Source: a virus
Lineage: Duplodnaviria > Heunggongvirae > Uroviricota > Caudoviricetes
IMG/VR virus record: IMGVR_UViG_2872185964_000005
Strand: one strand, 5' to 3'
Length of the DNA stretch: 55,490 nt
Shown here: positions 25,074 to 33,941 of the stretch, piece after piece
Numbering within the stretch: position 1 is the first letter of the stretch
Layout: the number at the start of each line of letters is the position of its first letter
The notes under the pieces: model-generated
Seen by the model: the letters and a program-made list of their open reading frames with translations, nothing else
Told to the model about the DNA's origin: nothing
The model's database searches: none
Program-made: the position numbers and the translations under genes

Positions 25074-25587
25074 CAACAGCTCACCCATGCGGCTCTGACA
25101 ACGATGTTAACCCGCGTTAAATATCCCACGTTGGCCAGCATCTGTCTCACGGAAAGTCATACTGCCTTACTATCGTATTGATTGATCTGCATCAAATTAA
25201 CGTAAAAGCAACTTCAGATAATACAAATCAGCAACACTGAATATGGGGAAACATTATGTCATCAAAGAACAGAACCCGCAGAACAACAACCCGCAACATC
25301 CGATTTCCAAACCAGATGATTGAACAAATTAACATCGCTTTTGATCTGAAAGGTTCAGGAAACTTTTCAGCGTGGGTTATTGAAGCCTGCAGGAGAAGGC
25401 TGGCAACAGATGCAACGCATCTGCGCCCGGCCAGCATGACAAATAACGAGAAATGAACGTTCGGTTACAGGAGCAGGTACCCACTGTCCTCCAACAATAT
25501 TTCATCTTCATATCCGACGGAACAAGACTTACCCTGCCGGGATGTACAGAATAACAACAGAGTGATAATTAATTTCTGATGAAATAA

Positions 25588-25914
25588 TCAGGGTGCGGAA
25601 GGACTAAAGATAAACGTTTTCTTCACGCCTTTACACGGCCTGTCCTTCTCAAATCGCCATTTTGCCATCGCCTTTACAACCTGCTCATCAAACAGATGGT
25701 GCGGCTCTGAACGAATAAACTCAATTCGGGTGACAGTACCATCAGCACCAATATCAAACCTCACATCAACCCGTCCCTTTATATAATTTGCCGCTGCATA
25801 GGCCGGATATTGTGGTAATGCCTTAACCAACTGTCGGGGCATATCTGTTTTATGTTGCGTACAGCCCATAACCAGAGAAGACAACAAAATAATTAACGGA
25901 AGGTTTCTTTTCAT
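25588..25914 (-). CDS. Predicted lipoprotein with a TonB C-terminal-like domain (moron)
   Basis: Signal peptide plus lipobox MKRNLPLIILLSSLVMGC; YP.Y...G.V.V.F.I.ADG.V..I..I.S.P...FD..V..A...W.F pattern typical of TonB_C; GGGA Shine-Dalgarno. Confidence 0.6.
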   Translation of the reverse strand: MKRNLPLIILLSSLVMGCTQHKTDMPRQLVKALPQYPAYAAANYIKGRVDVRFDIGADGTVTRIEFIRSEPHHLFDEQVVKAMAKWRFEKDRPCKGVKKTFIFSPSAP

Positions 25915-26258
25915 TTTCATTCCCGGCACAGATAAGAATAAGTCTTATTCTAACAATGCCACCCTGTCGGTCATCAATCCTCTGCTTAATGGCAACGACA
26001 ATTATCCGACTTAAATCACAAATCAGACACATGACATAACAGAGCTTGCGAGGTAACACATCGTCCGGTTTCTTCCACCATCGCACCGGACCAGCGACCA
26101 TGAGGGGACAACGCCGCGCTCCGTTAACGCGGTAAACCCCGGTGTGTATCGTTTTTGATTATCCCCGCACACTCGCGCAGAGGAGTCTCCCGGTCGGGCT
26201 GCGGTCTCTGTTAATGCGGGGATACGGCGACAATACCGCGCATGGTTAATAAGGTCGC

Positions 26259-26483
26259 TCAACACACTGGCTGTAATGCAGCGGATACCATGCGGCATTT
26301 AGCGGCATTCATCGTACACTCAACGGTTAGCTCTTCATTCGTGGCATTCACCTGAAAGGTCCGGGAGTGTAATTGCGTACATTTACCACTGAACGAACCT
26401 TCAACAAGAACACGACCACGCTGCAAAATACGGAACGGAATTGTTCCCTGAAAAGGCTTTACGGTTACCAGTAATTTCTTCAT
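26259..26483 (-). CDS. Hypothetical 74-aa Cys-rich protein
   Basis: ORF with GGAGA Shine-Dalgarno 5 nt before ATG (MKKLLVTVKPFQGTIPFRIL...); no recognisable family. Confidence 0.4.
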   Translation of the reverse strand: MKKLLVTVKPFQGTIPFRILQRGRVLVEGSFSGKCTQLHSRTFQVNATNEELTVECTMNAAKCRMVSAALQPVC

Positions 26484-26509
26484 GCATTCTCCGGATAACA
26501 AAAATACTA

Positions 26510-26979
26510 GTTAATACACTGAGTGCGGATATATTCCTGCGCCCCTTCCAGTTGCTTCTGCATTGTCATCAACCGCTCTCTGAGGGTGAAATAATCCCGT
26601 TCAGCGGTGTCTGCCAGTCGGGGCCGGTTGCATTATCCATTCCGGAGGTGCCGGTGGCTTCACGCACGGTACCGGAGCAGGTGGCGTTGATCCGCAGGCG
26701 CTTACGACCAGCGGCAACATCAGCACGCAGAGTTTCATTTTCAGCTCTCGCATCGGCTAATTCCCTTGAGTATCTGGCATCAAGCGCAGCAACATCACGC
26801 TGGCGCTGCTGCATGTCAGTAATGGTTGCGTTTGCCAGCTCCAGCTCTCTGGCTTTTTTATCGCGCTGCGCTTTGTAGGTGATGGCGTTATCACGGTAAT
26901 GGTCTGTTGCCAGCCACAGCGCACCACAGACCACCAGCAGAATAACGGTAAACGCGGAAAGCATTCGGTTTATGTTCAC
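26510..26979 (-). CDS. Rz: Spanin Rz (i-spanin) with embedded Rz1 (o-spanin); apparent C-run frameshift near 26620
   Basis: N-terminus ..[42 protein letters not shown] matches lambda Rz; the alternate frame gives Rz1-like [15 protein letters not shown]; downstream frame gives [17 protein letters not shown]. Confidence 0.8.
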
Positions 26980-27107
26980 CCCAGCAGCCCCGACGAAGAC
27001 AACATCATCCAGGCCATGGAAAGAAAAAGAGCAACCAGCATTAGTGAAAATGAAATGCCGACAATTACACAGAGGATCTTCGCCAGCGTTATGAGTTTGT
27101 CTGACAT
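26976..27107 (-). CDS. Small single-pass membrane protein (43 aa), uncharacterised
   Basis: GGGAGGA Shine-Dalgarno; [43 protein letters not shown]; between endolysin and Rz. Confidence 0.45.
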   Translation of the reverse strand: MSDKLITLAKILCVIVGISFSLMLVALFLSMAWMMLSSSGLLG

Positions 27108-27121
27108 GCTTAATCCTCCCT

Positions 27122-27304
27122 TCACGATTTCAACGCAATGACCAGTTTTGCCAGCCCATACAGCATCGGGGACACAGCAACACCGACCGCCATCCACTTA
27201 ATGGCAAAAGCCAGTGCTCTGCTGATGTCATCAGTTACAGGCGCTTTCAGTTCAAGGCCGTTTTTCATGGTCAACCTCAACAGAATTCGTTTATACTTCG
27301 CCAT
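27122..27304 (-). CDS. Small C-terminally anchored membrane protein (60 aa), uncharacterised
   Basis: AAGGGAG Shine-Dalgarno; [60 protein letters not shown]. Confidence 0.45.
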   Translation of the reverse strand: MAKYKRILLRLTMKNGLELKAPVTDDISRALAFAIKWMAVGVAVSPMLYGLAKLVIALKS

Positions 27305-27337
27305 GTTCTCCCTTGCCTTACTCAAGGTCAGAAACAC

Positions 27338-27372
27338 AAAACCCCGCTTGGTGCCAACAAACGGGGTTTTTA
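27338..27372 (-). terminator. Hairpin with flanking A/U runs between the endolysin gene and the small membrane-protein genes
   Basis: aaaaccccg-15 nt loop-cggggtttt; the T-run is stronger on the plus strand. Confidence 0.4.
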
Positions 27373-27460
27373 CTTTTATTCACTTACGTTTCGCCAGTTC
27401 GCAGGATTTCGTGTTATCCGTCCGCGTGCTCATGCCTTATTTTTCAGCAAAATATTCTGC

Positions 27461-27994
27461 TTATCTGTCGATGTCCCAGCACGCCAGCGCACTTTCCTGG
27501 TCTCGCCGGGATACCTGACCGTAGCAATTATTTGAGCGGATACGGCAGTCTCTGCCACCGTCCTTAATCCACCAGCGAATCGCTTCGCATGCTCCCCTGC
27601 GGTCACCAGCATTAATCCGTCTGTAAAACGTCGACGGGAAACACTTACCGGGGCCAATGTTATAGGGACAAAATGACGCGATACCCGCTTTCTGGGGTTC
27701 GGTCAGCGGCACTTTAATATTGCGCTCCACCCATGCCAGCGCCTTATCACGCTCAATGGCGTTGACCTGGTCGCATTTTTCCTTCGACAACTTCATGCCC
27801 GGGACGACAGGTTTACTATCCACCAGGATGGCACCGCGGCAGATGGTCCAGATACCCGCGCCATCACGGTATGCCGTGGTGTGGTTACCTTCCTTTTCAT
27901 CCAGAAACTGGTCGAGGATTTCAGGCGCAGGCGCACCTGCGGCAATCAGCGCCAGAACGGCAGCCGACAGGCCGTATTTGATTTTGGTGTTCAT
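27461..27994 (-). CDS. R: SAR (signal-anchor-release) endolysin, lysozyme family
   Basis: N-terminal hydrophobic SAR segment LSAAVLALIAAGAPAP; ..YRDGAGIWTICRG.. catalytic region resembling P1 Lyz / phage 21 R. Confidence 0.8.
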   Translation of the reverse strand: MNTKIKYGLSAAVLALIAAGAPAPEILDQFLDEKEGNHTTAYRDGAGIWTICRGAILVDSKPVVPGMKLSKEKCDQVNAIERDKALAWVERNIKVPLTEPQKAGIASFCPYNIGPGKCFPSTFYRRINAGDRRGACEAIRWWIKDGGRDCRIRSNNCYGQVSRRDQESALACWDIDR

Positions 27995-28044
27995 GGATAT
28001 TTATCAGGGTTTATCGATTTCAAATCCCTGGATATGTTAAGTCT

Positions 28045-28389
28045 TCAGGCCAGCGGTGGAGTCTTCAGAGAACCCGTAATTATTCCCGGTAGTTTTCCTC
28101 TGTAGGTTATCAACACATCCTGCGCCTCTAAAATTACGGGGCGCTTTTCCGGCAACGGACCATCCCCTTCACATAACCCGGCAGCAACATCCATGAAAAA
28201 CTGCTTCGCCTGCTTTTTCGCCTCAGCTTCGTAAAACTCCAGCGTGGCATATTCAGTACGGTCAAGACTAATCGCCACATCTGGCAACAACAGTGACGGA
28301 TACCCACCAATTTCCAGTGCCACAGTAACAGTAATCTTATTCGGGTAATTATTTATCCCTTTAACAACCAGTTCGTATTTTTTCTTCAT
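28045..28389 (-). CDS. Hypothetical protein between holin and endolysin
   Basis: 114-aa ORF, no transmembrane segment; gene order resembles holin-ydfR-lysozyme in some E. coli cryptic prophages. Confidence 0.4.
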   Translation of the reverse strand: MKKKYELVVKGINNYPNKITVTVALEIGGYPSLLLPDVAISLDRTEYATLEFYEAEAKKQAKQFFMDVAAGLCEGDGPLPEKRPVILEAQDVLITYRGKLPGIITGSLKTPPLA

Positions 28390-28393
28390 CGCT

Positions 28394-28609
28394 TTACTCT
28401 CCCCGCGCCGCCTTACGACGGTCCTCTCTGATTTTGAAATACAGGTTAGTCAGATATGTCAGCAGCCCAAACAACAGACTCCCCAGCACGCCTATTGCCG
28501 CCCACTGAGACGGGGAAACCCTGTCCAGCAACTGCAGGAACCAGTAGCCCGTTCCCACCGCTGACGTGGTGTATGACACACCTGTTGTGATTTTTTCCAT
28601 CTGGTACAT
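28394..28609 (-). CDS. S: Pinholin, phage 21 S21 type, with dual-start motif
   Basis: ..[51 protein letters not shown] is near-identical to the S21 C-terminal sequence; two Met codons three codons apart (MYQMEK). Confidence 0.8.
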   Translation of the reverse strand: MYQMEKITTGVSYTTSAVGTGYWFLQLLDRVSPSQWAAIGVLGSLLFGLLTYLTNLYFKIREDRRKAARGE

Positions 28610-28684
28610 ACCCGTCTCCCGCAATCCGGAAGCTCACAACAATATAAAGACCACCGGCACACACCGATGGTCCCTTGCGCATGC

Positions 28685-28930
28685 TTACATCATCATGTCG
28701 CTGTCAGGTGTAGGTTCACCGCCATCTGAAGCACTCCCGTCACCCGCGATACCTTCCGGCTCAGGAACCGCTGCTACGCCCAGCAGCTCATCCAGAATGG
28801 CATCCACTTCTGCATCAAGACGCGACTCAAGATTCTGGCGAAGTTTCTGTTTCAGTGCGCTCCGGACTTCTTCAGAGCGCAGGACTTCCTTCACTGCCTC
28901 TGCAGTGACCAGGGATGTGATTTCTGACAT
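28685..28930 (-). CDS. Hypothetical acidic protein (81 aa)
   Basis: ORF from MSEITSLVTAEAVKEVLRSEEVRSALKQ...; late-operon position upstream of the holin. Confidence 0.4.
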   Translation of the reverse strand: MSEITSLVTAEAVKEVLRSEEVRSALKQKLRQNLESRLDAEVDAILDELLGVAAVPEPEGIAGDGSASDGGEPTPDSDMMM

Positions 28931-28955
28931 GGGATTTTCTCGCTGAAAGGGGTTG

Positions 28956-29138
28956 TTAAGGAGTAACGGGTTCTTCGGGTTTGCTTCCGGCTGACTGACT
29001 GGCGCTGATTTTCTCAGCGGCCCTTTTATCAATCTGCCTGCACCAGAAATCGCGCACAGCCCTGTACCCACCCGAAAGAAGATACAGCACACAGACCGCC
29101 GTACAGAAGTACAGCATCACCTGATGAATAAATGTCAT
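28956..29138 (-). CDS. Hypothetical small membrane protein (60 aa)
   Basis: MTFIHQVMLYFCTAVCVLYLLSGGYRAV... single hydrophobic helix. Confidence 0.4.
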   Translation of the reverse strand: MTFIHQVMLYFCTAVCVLYLLSGGYRAVRDFWCRQIDKRAAEKISASQSAGSKPEEPVTP

Positions 29139-29276
29139 AATTTCTTACCGTTATGGTTGACAATGAGAATTGTTTTCATTTAAAAACCAATGTACGAAAG
29201 CATCTTTTCTTTACATTCTCCATTGGGATTACCTCCGCCAGCTTCCATTCCTGCCGCTGGCGGCTTTTTTTAGCAA

Positions 29277-31154
29277 TTATGCGGCTGCTCCAGCTTTGTT
29301 TGCTTTAACTTCCACCGTATCAATAAGTACAGGGTAGGTTTCTGCACTACCTGTAATATCCGTAATGACAAACCTGTTGAGTCCATTAGCAGTATTGGCC
29401 CATTTCACCAGGTCAAACGCCTGTCCATCCACACCATCAAGCACCGGAGTAACATTAATGCTGTTACTGCCCTTAAATTTAAATGCAAGCGTATGCCAGT
29501 CATGGTCGAATGCGCCAAACGTGCCAAGTTCTTTTTGTTGATTAACTGTATGATGGTATGCAACATTAATACTGGCTTTATCTGTCTGGACAAAGAAAGA
29601 ACTCAGATGGCCTTCACCACCCTCACCCGGCCATTCCGCTATTCGCCAGTACAAACCAAAGGCATACTTGTTTCTGGTTGTCTCAAGATTGACGTTTTCG
29701 GGGATTTTAAACCGGACAGCAATTTCCCCGCCTTTTTCCAGTAAAAGTTTTGCCTTGTCTGCAGCAATATCACAGTACATTGACCAGGATTTCGCGCTGT
29801 TATTTTTCTCAATTCGCAGAGCTTTATTGCCGCTGTCATCAACCAGTGTGCGTCTGCCATACATACCGTCCCAGCCATAAGGTTTCAGCTGATTGTCTGT
29901 AGCTTTTTTGGCATCGTAAAAAATTACAGACTCTGAGGTGGTAACCGGCCTGTCTGGAACAACCACCCCGGCAGTACCATTAACAAACGCAGAAGACTTA
30001 CCCGCGCAGCTCAGAATCGCCGTTGCCAGACGGTCGGAAATAATCCCACGGCGAGCCCATGAACTGAAATGGCTCGCCCTGTCCTGTGACGTCCAGGTGG
30101 CTGAGCTGTCACGCCATTTCGAACCGTAATAACCGATACCCGGAATGTCCGGGTCTTCTTCCGGTTTGTTCGTCGGCACATTCACCCCGTTCTCATCGGT
30201 CATGAACGGTACGAAATGGATATTCTTTTCCGTTTTATTTTTATAGCTGCCGTACACCGTCTGGTACGTGGATTCGTTCTTCTGCTTCCAGAAATACGTC
30301 GTGTCCCCGCATATCCAGGGAACACCACCAGCAGAGCCACCGACGCACTGGCCTGCCATATCCGCCAGGTCTGCACGGAATTTATCAACCAGCGCACCAA
30401 ACTGTGCGGCATGATTTGCCGGCGTACCGCCAAAATCAAATTCCCCCTGCATCCACACCACGGCAAACAGCACATTTTTCGGGTTCTTCTCCAGTGCCGC
30501 TTTTGTTCGACCGATAAGGTCCTTATACAGCGGCTTGTCCACACCCCAGCGGGTTGAATTCTCCGAGGCACCACTCGCGTCACTGTATGTGCCATCAGCT
30601 CCGGTGGTGAACGCTGAACCACCACGACAGCACGGAACCAGCAGAATGCCCGCATTCGCCGGTATAAACGGCAGCAGTTTTTTGGCGATATGCAGCCCCT
30701 GCCCACGGTTCCGTACTGCCCTTTGACAGGTCCGCTTTCGGATGGTTAAGACGGCTCATGTCCTGCACATCATGCAGACAATGGTCCGCCGGAATGATGT
30801 CGTTATATTTGCATGCTGCACCGCCCGGTGTCACCGTACTGCGACGCGCCAGTTGCTTAATACGCGGGTCCGGACGGTCATATGTCCCGGCAGCGGAAGG
30901 CCTTCACCATACGACATGCCGTTTGACTGCCCTGCCAGAACCACAACAAAGTAATACTCCGGGTTGCTGGTGGCGCTGATTACTGCACCTTCTGCTGCAA
31001 TCGCCTGCATCAGAGTATAAGGGGTTATGGCCACCGGACTACCAAACGGCTGCCAGCCCTCTTTCAGTTTATGTGTCAGCTTTTCCGCAAGATCTGACGG
31101 CGACGCCGCCCTGACAACATCATAGTGTTTAAATGCCATGGTTCTTTCCACCAT
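29277..31154 (-). CDS. nanS: Prophage sialate O-acetylesterase NanS-p-like (SGNH hydrolase), reading frame broken at least twice (apparent frameshifts)
   Basis: N-terminus MAFKHYDVVRAASPSDLAEKL...YYFVVVLAGQSNGMSYGEGLPLP (SGNH GQSN motif); ORFs 30831-31154, 30595-30834, 29277-30542 colinear. Confidence 0.75.
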
Positions 31155-31399
31155 CTGAAAAATGATTCTTTAAAATACCTGACATGTAATACAGAAAAAA
31201 CACAAAACCATACCTTAAATAAAAACCTCATCATCAAGCAGATATGCATGGATAAACTACAAGACGAGATATAAACCACCCTGCATTTAAATAAACAATA
31301 AACAACATCAGAAAAATAATTCTGCTCTATGGTTTACATTCAAAAATATCATTTATACTTTTCAGAACATCACCAGCAATGCATAAACAAGGAAACCAA

Positions 31400-31735
31400 A
31401 TGAAGTGGATTGTGATTGATACAGTTATCCAGCCATCATGCGGAATATCTTTTTCAGTCATATGGAGTAAAATAAAATTAATAATCTGGTATCAATCGGA
31501 TGCTTTCTTACCTCCTGAAAGTATATTTACACTGACTCACACAGGCATCATGCTCAATAACAAAGTGCTACCTGTAACCATTTACAACGTAGTACCATTC
31601 AATAAAACATTCTGGAATTTAATCAAAAACAGCCAGGAATGCCCTACAAATACAGATAACGTATTGAATGAATGCTTTAATAACCGTTGCACTCTGCAAA
31701 TATGTCCTTATGGGCTAAAACAACAAAGTCCATAA
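31400..31735 (+). CDS. Hypothetical Cys-rich protein encoded in an AT-rich island, antisense to the phage late operon
   Basis: [25 protein letters not shown]... preceded by a very AT-rich 220-bp region; no signal peptide; no family recognised. Confidence 0.35.
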   Translation: MKWIVIDTVIQPSCGISFSVIWSKIKLIIWYQSDAFLPPESIFTLTHTGIMLNNKVLPVTIYNVVPFNKTFWNLIKNSQECPTNTDNVLNECFNNRCTLQICPYGLKQQSP

Positions 31736-32013
31736 GGAGTTTACTCACATCTGACAAAATCAATATAAACAGCCCTCCGGAGAGGGCTGGAGAGTGGCGC
31801 TATGTGCCATTGCATGGTGCCGGGTGCCTCCCGGTGAATTCAGTACCAGCACCTGAATCCGCGATTATCCCATATACCTACTCGCTGATTGCCCCTCCGC
31901 ACAGGGGATTCACCATGCCAGTTTCTTTTAACAAACTCCCCGCAAACCAGACAACAGTCAACCGCCTGAATTGTGAGACATTTAAAAAAAAGCCCGCAAA
32001 AGCGAGCCAGGGA

Positions 32014-32090
32014 AAATAAGTGTGGCGCGTTCTACTGTATTCGAACCAGTGACCGATTGCTTAGAAGGCAATTGCTCTGTCCGGCTGAGC
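32014..32090 (-). tRNA. tRNA-Arg (anticodon UCU), one acceptor-stem and one T-stem mismatch
   Basis: Cloverleaf readable by eye: D-arm TAGCTCAGCCGGACAGAGCA, anticodon loop CUUCUAA, T-loop TTCGAAT, 3' GCCA. Confidence 0.6.
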
Positions 32091-32099
32091 TAACAACGC

Positions 32100-32189
32100 A
32101 GGATACAGATAATGAACCGCCTTCGGGACCCGAACTCCGCGCAACCAGCTTCGAAGGCTGGCGCTCTTTCCTGATGAGCTAATGGCGGT
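32100..32189 (-). other. tRNA-like sequence (possible degenerate tRNA-Arg, anticodon UCG); T-arm does not fold cleanly
   Basis: D-arm TAGCTCATCAGGAAAGAGC and anticodon arm CCAGC-CUUCGAA-GCUGG are intact, T-stem pairing is poor. Confidence 0.3.
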
Positions 32190-32262
32190 ATGTGATAGTG
32201 GCCCTTGCTGGATTTGAACCAGCGACCTGGCGATTATGAGTCGCTCGCTCTCACCACTGAGC
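32190..32262 (-). tRNA. tRNA with CAU anticodon (Ile2/lysidine type or Met), prophage ileZ-like
   Basis: GGCCCTTTAGCTCAGTGGTGAGAGCGAGCGACTCATAATCGCCAGGTCGCTGGTTCAAATCCAGCAAGGGCCA folds as a canonical cloverleaf. Confidence 0.75.
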
Positions 32263-32320
32263 TAAAGGGCCGGGAGCAGAATAATAATGGTGCGTAATTA
32301 ATTCTGCAATCTCATCCGTT

Positions 32321-33368
32321 TCAAACGATTAAATCCTGAACTTCCCTGACTGTCTGCTCAAAACGTCCTGTCTCCAGTTCAACGCCAATCGCACGACGCC
32401 CGAGCGCCAGTGCCGCTTTTACCGTTGAACCCGACCCCATGAAAAAATCCGCAACCAGATCACCAGGACGACTACTTGCGCTGATTATCTGCTGCAGCAT
32501 TTCTGCCGGTTTTTCGCACGGATGTTTCCCGGGATAGAACTGCACCGGTTTATGTGTCCACACATCCGTGTACGGCACCTGCGCCGTCACACCAAAATAC
32601 CGCCGCAGATGTTTATATTCACTCTGCAGCTCCGCATACTGTCGGTTCAGTGAAGTATACGTATCCACCAGCTGGTGGTGGGGCTTTTCCAGTTCCCCCG
32701 CTGATGCTTCTCTTCTGCCACCCTGGCAAACAGTGCCTGTAATTTCAGATAATCGCTTTCGTTCGGCAACTGCCACTGACTGGCACTGAACCAGTGCGAC
32801 ACCATGTTTTTCTTTCCTGTGGCATCTGCAATCTGTTTTGCCGTTATCCCCAGGGCCGCGCATGCATCACGAAAGTAAGAAATCAGCGGGCCATCACATG
32901 CTGTTTCAGTGCCCTGCCCTTCGCCTCATACCCGGCATCTTTCGGACGATACGGCCCCTGATAATGTTCCGCGAACAGAATGCGCTCTGTGGCGGGGAAA
33001 TACGCCCGCAGGCTTTCCTTGTTGCACCCGTTCCAGCGTCCGGAAGGCTTCGCCCAGATAATATGGTTCAGCACACTGAAGCGTTCACGCATCATGATTT
33101 CGATATCAGATGCCAGGCGATGACCACAGAACAGGTAAAGACTTCCGGCAGGTTTCAGCACCCGCCAGAACTGCGCCAGACACTGGTCCAGCCACTTCAG
33201 GTAATCATCGTCGCCCTTCCACTGGTTATCCCAGCCCTCAGGCTTCACTTTAAAGTACGGCGGGTCCGTGACTATCAGGTCAACAGAATTTTCGGGTAAC
33301 GACCGGATAAATTCCAGGCAGTCGGCGTTGATTAACTCACAACTGGATATTTTTACAGTATTAAGCAT
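32321..33368 (-). CDS. Orphan DNA methyltransferase (N6-adenine/N4-cytosine class, motif IV before motif I); apparent frameshift near 32870
   Basis: DLIVTDPPYF (motif IV) in ORF 32883-33368 and FFMGSGSTVKAAL (motif I) in ORF 32321-32863; no adjacent restriction endonuclease gene. Confidence 0.75.
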
Positions 33369-33518
33369 GGATCATTAAGCCTGTCTCTGATAGGCTCATT
33401 CTGCTTTTGCGCAAAGCAGTGGGCCTGAGGTTTGCTTGTGAACCCAACGCATGAGCAGATGGCTGGTGGGTGCCCCTAACACCCACCAGCCGCCCATTTA
33501 CCACAAATAAAAAAGCCT

Positions 33519-33716
33519 TCACTGCGGAAGGCGTCTGTAACAACCGAACTGATAGTCTGCCAGACCCGCCATAACCAGCTGGGTCAGTATTAACTGGCAG
33601 CGTTCGCGTGAAAGGTAAGTATTCTGCGCTATCTCCCCGACTGTCGCCGGTTCGGTAACGCTTAATTCATTAAACACCACTCTGGCGGTTTCTGTCATAT
33701 CCTGCTGTTTTAGCAT
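33519..33716 (-). CDS. Hypothetical small protein (65 aa), possible winged-helix
   Basis: MLKQQDMTETARVVFNELSVTEPATVGEIAQNTYLSRERCQLILTQLVMAGL..; lies between tR' and the methyltransferase gene; followed by a hairpin plus T-run at 33506-33535. Confidence 0.35.
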   Translation of the reverse strand: MLKQQDMTETARVVFNELSVTEPATVGEIAQNTYLSRERCQLILTQLVMAGLADYQFGCYRRLPQ

Positions 33717-33840
33717 GTCTTTTTCCCTTTTCCGGTTAACGTGACACACCAATAACTCTTGTCGAAAAAGCCAGCAAGCTGAAAGACAGGTATTCACCGC
33801 CACCAGCGCGTTTACTGTACTGACGCGATTTCAGTCATAA

Positions 33841-33872
33841 AAAACCCGCCAGGCGGCGGGTGTAAAAAATCT
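33841..33872 (-). terminator. tR'-like intrinsic terminator downstream of the Q gene
   Basis: Minus-strand cccgcc-gccu-ggcggg followed by uuuuuuau, about 70-100 nt after the Q stop. Confidence 0.6.
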
Positions 33873-33894
33873 TCTAACGTCAGGCATAAAACGC

Positions 33895-33925
33895 CCATCA
33901 TTAGAGCAAATTTACCACAGATTCG
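33895..33925 (-). promoter_or_regulatory. Candidate pR' late promoter
   Basis: Minus-strand TTGATT - 16 nt - TAAATT between the Q stop and the terminator. Confidence 0.4.
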
Positions 33926-33941
33926 GGAAAAATCAACAACA

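Larger units (their letters stand above)
18570..25170 (+). mobile_element. Composite IS66-family element with nested IS110-family unit (chimeric copy Y/2), itself carrying IS600 (in tnpC) and IS629 (in the IS110 left end)
   Basis: Left terminus GTAAGCGTAAACTGACC at 18570; right terminus GTAAGGCAG... reversed at 25170; internal sequence matches copy X/1. Confidence 0.8.

Noticed and set aside
12527-25170. CRISPR array or defence island suggested by the dense repeats
   Set aside because: All long repeats are copies of IS elements (IS629, IS66-family, IS110-family) with transposase genes; there is no short repeat-spacer periodicity and no cas-like ORF
31155-32013. Shiga toxin genes
   Set aside because: The flanking context (tRNAs upstream, nanS-p downstream) is Stx-phage-like, but no ORF here resembles the StxA or StxB subunits and the segment is too short
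32100-32189. Third tRNA gene
   Set aside because: D-arm and anticodon arm are recognisable but the T-arm and acceptor stem do not pair cleanly; kept only as tRNA-like, possibly degenerate or affected by sequence errors
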